Positions 50,945-60,000 of a stretch of DNA of 60,000 nt are shown in pieces. Origin of the DNA: Camelus dromedarius (lineage: Eukaryota); the NCBI RefSeq assembly GCF_036321535.1, contig NC_087437.1, positions 86,492,001 through 86,552,000 of the forward strand. The letters run 5' to 3'. The position numbers were made by a program, and so were the translations under genes. Each line of letters opens with the position of its first letter. Within the stretch, counting starts at the first letter, position 1. The notes under the pieces are model-generated. The model was not told the DNA's origin. It worked only from the letters and a program-made list of their open reading frames with translations, and ran no database searches.

Positions 50945-52140
50945 AAAATAAACAAATGGGACCTAATTAAACTTACAAGCTTTTGCACAGTGAAAGGAAC
51001 CATAAGCAAAACAAAACAACAATCTACGGAATAGGAGAAAATATTTGCAAATGATGCAACTGACAAGGGCTTAATTTCCAGAATATATAAACAGCTCACA
51101 CAGCTTAATAACAAAAAACCAAAGAGTGCAATCCAAAAATGGGCAGAAACAAAGAATTCTCCAGTGAAGACATACAAATGGCCAGCAGGTACATGAAGAA
51201 ATGCTCAATATCGCTAATTATCAGAGGAATGCAAATCAAAACTACAATGAGATATCACCTCACATCAGTCAGAATGGCCATCATTCAAAAGTCCACAAAC
51301 AATAAATGCTAGAGAGGGTGTGGAGAAAAGGGAAACCTCCTATACTATTGGTGGGGATGTAGTTTGGTGCAGCTGTTATGGAAAACAGTATAGAGATTCC
51401 TCAAAAGACTGAAAATACACTTACCATATGATCCAGCAATCCCACTTCTGGGCATGTATCTGGAGGGAACTCAAATTTGAAAGGATACATGCACCTCAGT
51501 GTTTATAGCAGCTCTACATACACTAGCTAAGGAAAGGAAACAATCTAAATGTCCATCGACAGATGACTAGATAACTGTGGTATATTTATACAATGGAAGG
51601 TACCTATGCTCACCAGTATACCACCAATGCTATACAACGGAATACTACTCAGCTATAAAAAGGAATAAAATAATGGCACTTGCAGCAACATGGATGGACC
51701 TGGAGATCATCTATCTATGGAGACATCCATGTAGATTCTAAGTGAAATAAGCCAGAAAGAGAAAGAAAAAAATACCATATATCACTCACATGTGAAATCT
51801 TAAGTTCATTTGTTTCTTCTTTTTGTTTTTTATCTACAAAACAGAAACAGACTCATAGACATACTAAACAAACTTATGGTTACTAGGGGGAAAGGGGATG
51901 GAAAGGGATAAATTGGGAGTTTGAGATTTGCAAATACTAACTACTATATATAAAATACATAAACAACAAGTTTCTTCTGTATAGCACAGGGAACTATACA
52001 GAAGAAACTTCTATACTTCAATATCTTGTAGTAACCTATAGTGAAAAAATATGAAAATGAATATATGTATGATTGAAACATTATGCTGTACACCAGAAAT
52101 TGACACACTGTAAACTGACTATATTTAAAATAAAAATGAT
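50945..52140 (+). mobile_element. 5'-truncated artiodactyl/camelid L1 (ORF2 end plus 3'UTR)
   Basis: KINKWDLIKLTSFCT.K.TI (ORF 50738-51034), GCAAATCAAAACTACAATGAGATATCACCTCAC, and 3' end TGTACACCAGAAATTGACACACTGTAAACTGACTATA followed by an A-rich tail. Confidence 0.95.
51594..51630 (-). pseudogene. tRNA-Gly(TCC) 5'-half tailless retropseudogene inside L1
   Basis: Minus strand GCATTGGTGGTATACTGGTGAGCATAGGTACCTTCCA versus recalled tRNA-Gly-TCC GCGTTGGTGGTATAGTGGTGAGCATAGCTGCCTTCCA (33/37). TSD TATACAA(T/C)GGAA at 51587-51598 and 51631-51642. Confidence 0.85.
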
Positions 52141-52339
52141 AGGAAAGATTTTTTTTGCTCCAAAATTCCTTCTATTCAAGAGCAAAATGCATTTGGAGGA
52201 TGCTAAAATTGTAGATCCAGAGTCAGCAGCCACCACTATCATGGAAGTTTTGGCTACTGAAATCCAATTTGGATATGTCACATGTATGGAATGATATCTT
52301 TACTAGAGTCAGAGTTTCAATCTTTTAAATTTTTATTTC

Positions 52340-53790
52340 CAGGACACTGTACTTGATTGGCTTTCTCCCTAACTTACTGGTTGTTCACTCTTAGTTGCCT
52401 TTGTCAATTTCTTCTCTTTTACTGACTCATTAACATTGGTATGGCCTGGAGCTTAGTTTTTAGACTTCTCTTTTTAAGGTACAAACTCATGGTTAAACGT
52501 CTAGTCTCATAACTAAATTTAAAGACTATATGCTGATGACTCCCCAATTTTTAAACTGTCTTGGGCTGGTCTGTAATATAACTACAGACTCAAATTCAGT
52601 TGCCTACTCAACATCTCTACTTGGCCAACAAACATCACAATTGCACCATGTATAAAACTTTTGAAATTCCAACTATTCTGTCCCAAATGTGCTCCGTCAC
52701 TTTCCACTCCCCCCTATACATCTGATTCACTTCCACTCTTCCTGTTGTTCCAAAATGTATGGAAATTTCCTTTCTTTCTCTCACATTCTATCAAATCTGT
52801 TGGGAAATGATGGTGGCTCTATCTTCAAAACATATCCTCCACTGTTACCTCTTTTGTCTGCACCACCATCATCTCTTACCTGAATACTTACTTACCCTTT
52901 TAAAATATGTCAGATTATGTCATATTTCCTTTTCACTCAGATTAGAAGGCCTAGAAAATGGCCAATATGGTTCTCATGTTCTGCTACCCTCCTCTCCTTT
53001 CTGACGTCTCCTACCATATGCACACATTTCCTTGATGTTGTATAAACATCCCAGACATGTTCTTTTTTTTTTAATTGAAATATAGTTGATTTACAATGTT
53101 GTATTACTTTCAGGTGTAAAGCAAACAGATTCAGTTCTATATCTCCTTTTTCACATTCTTTTCCATTGTAAGTTATTACAAGATGTTGAATATAGTTCCC
53201 TGTGCTATACAGTAGGTCCTCATTGTTTATCTGAACATACTATATTTCTTTAAAATAGAGTAGCGTGTATCTGTTAATTCCAAACTCCTAGTTTATCCCT
53301 CCCCTCCTTCTCCTTTGGTAACCATAAATTTGTTTTCTATGTCTGTGAGTCTATTTCTGTTTTTTAATAAGTTCATTTGTATCATTCTTTTAGATTCCAC
53401 ATGTCATACACAGACATGTTCTTATTTTAAGCTTTTTATGCTATCTGTTCTGGAGTGTTCTACTGGATATCAATTTGGCAAAGCTCACCCCCTGGTCTGA
53501 TCTCACTATTTCAATGAGGCTTATCCTAATGACCATAATTAATTACTAAATACTGACACCCCCCACATACCTTCCCTACTGCTCCCCACTCCCAAACTGG
53601 ACTTTCTGGCTTCTTTTACCATGCTTTTATTATTTTGATTTTTTCCATAGACTTGCTCACTTTTGATGCCCTTCCCTAACTAGATTCCATAGGAATCATT
53701 GATGTTGGTCATTGGTATTTCTAAGCACCTAGAACAGTGTTTGGCATTTAGTAGACATTTGAAATAGGTTTTAAATGAATGAATAAATTA
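52340..53790 (+). mobile_element. L2 element interrupted by an L1 3' fragment
   Basis: CTATATGCTGATGACTCCC, TTGCCTACTCAACATCTCTACTTGG, and 3' end GCACCTAGAACAGTGTTTGGC..AAATGAATGAATAAA. Confidence 0.85.
53065..53410 (-). mobile_element. 5'-truncated L1 3' end
   Basis: Poly-T head then ATTGAAATATAGTTGATTTACAATGTTG. Perfect 13-bp TSD CAGACATGTTCTT at 53052-53064 and 53411-53423. Confidence 0.92.
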
Positions 53791-55325
53791 ATATGAGAAA
53801 AGAGGTACGTTTTGGATAAACTGTCGTCTGCAGGCAAGAAGAAGTAAGCAGACACAGTGAGTTTGAAGAGGACAGTAGTTTGAAATAAACATTTTTTTTT
53901 CTCTTTTCAATCTACCAAGTCCAGTTTACTCCATTATCTTTTATAAATGTAACCTTTTATGAAAAAAGTTTAACATCTTCAGATTATATATTATAGATAG
54001 CAAAGCTATGTGCCTTTATGTTAAAGAGAGAAAGAAACACTGATTGACATGGGGAAACAATAGCATGACATAGAACTAGCGCAGGCATTGTGTGATCTGA
54101 GGAGTGACCAACACTCCAAAGCTGAGGACTTCAAAGATAACTTCAAAGCACCTGAGTTTTAAAACTGGATATAATGTCTGGCGTGATCTGGCAGGTTTTG
54201 AAAGGATAACGTTTGTCTGAGTTATGATAAAATTTCATAAAGATTTATGTGTTTCTTGAAGCTTATGATTTGTATATTTCCTTCATCTTTCCCTTCGTTT
54301 GTTATTGTAAACCCCAACTATTATTATAAGCATTTTAAAAGGATTGTGTGGTATATATTCTTCTGCTAGTGACTGTTTGGATGCCTTCAATCCATGAAAT
54401 GTATTTTGATAACTTCACAACAGAAAAGTATTCCTTAGAAAATAGAAAAAAAGTCAAGTCATAGCATACATTCGTAGTAACATAAAGCATTAAAAAAGTA
54501 TAGTTTAATGTTAAAAATAGCTATCTGAGTTTTATTCTTCTTATAGTATGTTTGACTGAAGTGGAGCTAGGAATTAACAAGAGGTGAGGGAATTGAGTAG
54601 ACAACAGCAGAAATCTCTTGGCACCAGAGGGAGGGAAAAACAAAAAGAAGTGAACAATGAGAAAAGTATATTTTTAAAAATGTTAAAATTGTTTGTATTA
54701 TTTCTTTGAGAATTGGATATAATATGTATAGCAAGAGTGAAGTTTTCAAATACACCATTTTGGGTATGTATTTAGCATAACTGTTAATTTTGCAAAGTTA
54801 TAGTTGGAATAGGACTGTCACTCCAAGAGAGATACACAGAGCAGGGGAAGGAGCCAGCATCCCATGCGCCATTTTTCTTATCTGAATTATTTTTCACTCT
54901 TAGTGTCACTATGAGGTATAGGGCTAAATAAAGATGTTCTAAGATTGTTTCTATGAAAAAAATTGGCATCCTTGGAGAGATGCTGTTGCAAAATATGAAA
55001 CTGTTAGCATTTACATGAAACTTTCCTTTCTTATAAAAACAAAATTAGTATGCAGTTTTTTTAATGAGGGTTTTAATTTCTTTGTAATTTTAATTATGCA
55101 CCAACTAAATCAACTGTAAAATGTGAATGTGTGAAGTCTGCTTGAAATCATCATTCTAATATGTCTGGCCTTTAATAAAATATCAAAAATATGCCAAAGC
55201 AGAAAGAATATTTAATTGCTTTGCAAGCAATATGGAATTATATATATTGTATTGAAAATATGGAAAGAAAGTTAAATTTCCATCTTATCATTTAAAGATT
55301 GTATATTGTTTATTAAGAAACAAAA

Positions 55326-55440
55326 TAATACAGAATTTTCTCATATTAAAAATATTAAAGTTTCCTCATAGTAACAAAGTTAATACAGAGTTTTCTTATG
55401 TTAAAAATACTAAAGTTTTCTGATATAGAAAATACAAAGT
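55326..55440. repeat. Diverged ~55-bp tandem duplication
   Basis: TAATACAGAATTTTCTCATATTAAAAATATTAAAGTTT versus TAATACAGAGTTTTCTTATGTTAAAAATACTAAAGTTT, period 55. Confidence 0.8.
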
Positions 55441-56865
55441 ATTACAACATACTTCCAGTGTGAAAAAACTATGACTACAGTGTGCTGTCTAAAGTGATTT
55501 ATGATCTTCCAATGCTTATAGTAACGTCAGGTTTCAGTTTTGGATCACACTGGTATAACATGTCAAACAATTTAAAAAATACTCCAACAGTTGACTACAC
55601 CTGTTTCCACTTTGCAGATCCTTTCAAGTTTGTGGCACTTTGATCGAAAGGGAAATATTTAACTTGTGTCTTTCTTTTTCAATCTAAAAATTGAAAGTTT
55701 TTTCTTATTGCAGTGTTTTTGGTATGATATTTTAACATTAGCAGGATAAGAATTATTAAGATTAGTAATTCTCTTTTATTTGATCATTTGTAAAGGGATT
55801 TTTCATAGGATTTCTTTTGGGTTATTTCCAAGGAAGGGAGTAGATCAAATGTGGTAACATTCCACTAAAAGATATTACTATATCTGAAAGAAGAAAATCT
55901 TTTAATACTTAATCAAAATATTTTAGGTATGCATCTCTAAATTTGACATCTATTCTCTGTTTAAATATTTAGTAGCATTATAGGGTTAGGCCAAAAGTAA
56001 GACACATTTATCATGTAGTTAAAATTTGGCATTTTGGCCAGCCTGCTTATTTGTGGCAGGTTTAAACAGAATGAAGTTCTTGTTATCATGTTACCTTGAC
56101 ACTTTCATGTGGCCTAGTTGACATTGGAAGTCACCATTTCTCTTTTCAGTCACTCCCAGTAAGCAGAAATCATGGAGATAAAATCAAGCCATCTTACTGT
56201 TATTTCCTTTATTCTTAGTATCTGCATTTGATTAATTCTAGATTACATGAATACAGATTCAGGGAAACATTTAGACTGTGAAAAAAGAAATGACAATGAC
56301 AGCGTTTCATAGCAGGAGACTTCAAAGCTTTCTTCAGATTAGAAGCAAATCATAGAGTGCTATAGGTAAATTTGATGATCTTAGGAGAATATCAGTTTTT
56401 TTTCCTTATGAATTAAATCTTGATTCTTTTAGTTTTTATAATCTCTAGTGGGTTTTTTTTTAATACTCTAGTTTTTTAAGGTACTTTGAGAAGTTCTTTG
56501 TGGAATTTCAATAAAGTGCTTAACAGTGCCTTAATCCAAATACGTTATAAAATAAATGTGAAGGAATCAGATACAGCCAAGAAATTCCCCTTGACAAAAA
56601 TATTGCTGTAAAGGTAACAGTTGGACGAGCAATTTCAAGTATATTATTAAAAGGTTCAAAGAAGATTTCTAAAGATGGCATCTGGTGTGCTATTTATGTT
56701 TAGGTGACTACTTAAAGCTGTAAAATGCTTTTTTAAGAAATGAAGACATTTATGTCTTCAATAAGTCTAGTTTAAAAAGGGTTTAAGTGTAAGAATCACA
56801 ATCCTTTCTGAAAAGAGCATCATTTTAAGGGAAACTTCAGTATAGCCATGGTGGATCCCTCAGAT

Positions 56866-57052
56866 ACTTACCGAGGATGACTTTTGTGCTAGTCCTTGTG
56901 GAGCTGTGTTTATTGTTACTGAGAAGTTAGGCTCTGAATTAAGTCTGCAGGTACAAGCTGTATTTATTTATGTGTTATAGAGTCACATAGTAAACAAAAT
57001 ACGGGGGCATATAGTTATATTTTCCTATTTTTGGAAAATGAGACAACCTTGA
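56866..57052 (-). promoter_or_regulatory. Candidate minus-strand tissue-specific promoter and first exon
   Basis: In minus-strand order: TCAAGGTTG (57052-57044), MEF2-like CCAAAAATAG (57034-57025), forkhead TGTTTAC (56996-56990), TATA-like ATAAATAAATA (56971-56961), then donor TCG|GTAAGT at 56871. Confidence 0.35.
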
Positions 57053-58817
57053 AAACTCTGGGGTACTTTTCAAGAGAGCTGGATAGGCAACTCTAAAAGG
57101 TGGGTCTGATAAGAAATCAACGTTGGTTCCCAGAAAGAAGGAAAGATATAGAATGTTTCCAATATTGGCAATCTTTCCACTAACCATCAGTTAGTAACAA
57201 AGAGAATAATGATATTTGTATTATTGCATTGAGGGTTGAAGATCAAATTTGGTAGATATCTAATATACTGCCAGGCATTTAATAGATTTCTGAACAACAG
57301 TACCCTAAAAATAAAGATAGACTATTATCAGGAATCTCAAGATGTTTGTTCAAATTCATAATTGTATTATTAGCATCCACTTTATTTTCCTGGGCAGCAT
57401 CAGCATCATACTCAGTCATTTTTCCTGTTTGAGTTCTTGGCCCCACTACACTTCCTTTCTAAGGCATGTTGATGATCTGGAATAATGTTTATTTAAAACA
57501 TTCAGCACTAGTTCTACCTTTTGTTTTTCTCTCTAATTATCTCTGATTGGAGTGGGCTTCTTGACTTTCACAAATAACATGTTCCGTGAAGCATTTCATA
57601 CTAACCAACCTCAGTGGTATAGAAAATACCCAGATATACTCTCTAAATTAGTATAATATTCAACAAGGGAATGTGTTGAAGATTAAAAGTTGAAAATGGA
57701 AAAAAAAGATAATCTTAGTACCAAAATCATAGTCAAATTAGGTAGGATAAACATTTAAAGATACTTACTAGAGGACAGTGACTGCCATAATAGAGAAATG
57801 GTCTCTGGGATAAAGAGATGAGATCATTTCTTTTCCCTCAGGATTGGCTGAGTACTTTTATGTCTCTCTTGCTTAGGAATACCTAAGAAGAGAATTTATT
57901 AGAAAAGCTACTTTAGCCATATTTTATTATCTTACAAATCTGGTTCCATTTTAAATTAACCCCAAATATTATATTTACCCCCTCCTCTTTATTTTCATCA
58001 TGGCTTACATACTCATTTTCATGTCTTATTTTCATGTCTTATGGAACAAGCAATTAAATATTCACTTACTCTTAAATACCACACCTTGTCAATTCATTCT
58101 TCAGTTATGATGGACTTGAATAATGCAAGTAAATAGCAGAAAAATTAAGAAAATAGAAAGTATTTTCAATAAATCATTTAGTAGCACAGAATTAAGCATA
58201 CAGTATAATAAAGGATGCCACAGGCTATGCTCACTTTTATATTTAAATTCTTTTCTCATAGCACTTTTGTCAACCTAGTTTAATGAACTGTATGGATAAG
58301 TGCAGAATACAGTTTAAAATAATGTTATAATTTAATTTATTCATTGATTCCAAATGGACTTTCTAAAAAATATCCAAGTAAAGTTTTTTTTAAACTTATA
58401 ATGATTTTTTAAAAAGTAACATAGAGTACTCATAGCTATAATTTGGGTATCTTTTCATGTTATCCATTAACCAGGATATCAGAGCATCATATCTTATTTC
58501 ATTTGATGTTCTTTATGCCACTGGCAGTTTTGGCTCCATATTACCACTGTAGACTGCATACTATTTGGATCTTTACATGTCTTTTCCCTTGTCTCTTTTC
58601 TGGTTTTAAGCTTTTTCTGTCTTGGTCTTTTGGAGTCTTTCTTCCTATTTTGCCATTTATTTCTTTCCTTTACTTCAAGTCTATGATGCTTTTTGAATTT
58701 TACTTCTTTGACTTTGTTAAACTTCATTAAAGTATGCTTGAAATCTTTAATTATGTTGCATGTCATTAGGCCTGAGGATTACTTTCCATCCTGGCCAACA
58801 TGCTAAAAGGAGATGAC

Positions 58818-59186
58818 GGTATTAGTTTGCTGTGTCGGCAAAAACAAAGACTGGGTGGCATGGACAGCATTTATTTTCTCACAGTTCTGGAGGGTATGAG
58901 TCTGAGCTCAAGGTGACAGCAAGGTTATTTCTTGTGAAACCTCTCTCCTTGGCTTGTAGATAGCTGTCTTCCTCTGGTGTCTTCACATGGTTTTCCCTCT
59001 GTGTGTGTCTTAACCTCTTCTTTTTATAAGGACTTTATTCAGATTAGATTGGGGCCCACTCCTATGATCTCATTTTATCTTAATTACATCTTTAAAAGTT
59101 CTATCTCCAAATAGTCACATTTTGAGATACTAGGGGTTAAGTCTTCAACATATAAATTTGGAGGAGACAGAATTCAGTCCCAAACA
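58818..59186 (-). mobile_element. MaLR solo LTR (MLT1B-like)
   Basis: TTTATTTTCTCACAGTTCTGGAGG, CTCTCTCCTTGGCTTGTAGAT, CTATCTCCAAATAGTCACATT and AATTCAGTCCCAAACA. Confidence 0.88.
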
Positions 59187-60000
59187 GTAATGCAGTGGAA
59201 AGCTTGTTTTTGTAGTAGTTCCTTTTCCTGAGTAACCTTTAATAGAAATCCAGTGTCCTCATGACCTCATTCTCCTGGCTGTTCAAGGGATCACCCTCCA
59301 CCGCCCCAGTTGTGTATGCCATTTTAGAATTTATGTTGTGTTTAGACTTTACCAAAACTGCATACACTCTGTTTAAAAACTACTTATCTTGTTATAATTC
59401 CTAATCTATGGTGGAATGCTAAAAAGAAGTCTAATTTTACCAAGTGAGATCATGAAGGCCAAAATGATAAACTGCTATGCATTATGAATAATGTATTTCC
59501 TTTATACAAGCACCCTCTGAAAATGCATATATTTATTAATAGAAACAAGAATAATGACAGTTATTTCTGGCATAGGGTAAAGCTGATGGAGACATACTTT
59601 GGGGGATTATTTGAATTTTGGAAACCTTGAAGTTATGGGGCATGGCTAGTCTTCTACTATATATTTCTTTGTCATTGTATATAGCATCATTTAAAAGATG
59701 ATCTTCATTCTTTATGGTCAAAATATGCTGTTTGCTGGTTGTTTTGCAGTTTTTTTCTTGTGAAAAACACGAATCTTTAAGCTGCAGTGAGTCTATATTC
59801 TTGAGGGTTATAGAATGACAATGATTGGGTATCATTATCCATATGATATTTATTTTTGAGCTAAATTAAGTAAAATTAGCATTGGTAAGCACATATTGTG
59901 TGCAAAGAATATGCTTGTACCATGTGAGTCTAGATGATTGTGCTAATTTGATGAGAATAAGCTTTTCACAATATGCCTACAGGCTTTCTACCAAGCCCCT

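Noticed and set aside
55326..55440. CRISPR-like or functional repeat array
   Set aside because: Only two diverged tandem units with no spacers, in a eukaryotic context.

Overview
Mammalian, very probably camelid, genomic DNA. The clade call rests on two Vic-1-type tRNA-derived SINEs and artiodactyl-type L1 3' ends. The window is AT-rich and repeat-dense, and looks like the 5' non-coding or first-intron region of a gene I could not name. It has a CpG island at ~95-860, candidate + strand non-coding exons at 24164-24267 and 27738-27835, and a candidate minus-strand promoter/first exon near 56.9-57.05 kb. No intact protein-coding gene is supportable. The only clear gene-derived sequence is a full-length, frameshifted LDHB processed pseudogene (minus strand, 9707-11037, 14-bp TSD) nested in a MER33-like hAT element. 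The rest is L1, L2, MIR, SINE and MaLR/ERVL LTR sequence, a decayed MLT2/ERVL provirus (45008-49860) and an older two-LTR ERVL-class element (30998-35697). I found no convincing novel multi-gene system. The most interesting signals are small retrotransposition and repair scars: a tRNA-Gly(TCC) 5' half inserted tailless into an L1, a cluster of templated rearrangements in that same L1, an L1/non-L1 polyadenylated chimera under one TSD, a templated L1 5' junction, and a variant LDHBx readthrough/PTS1 tail in the pseudogene. Repeat family names are from recalled consensus similarity, not a database search, and old-repeat boundaries are approximate.
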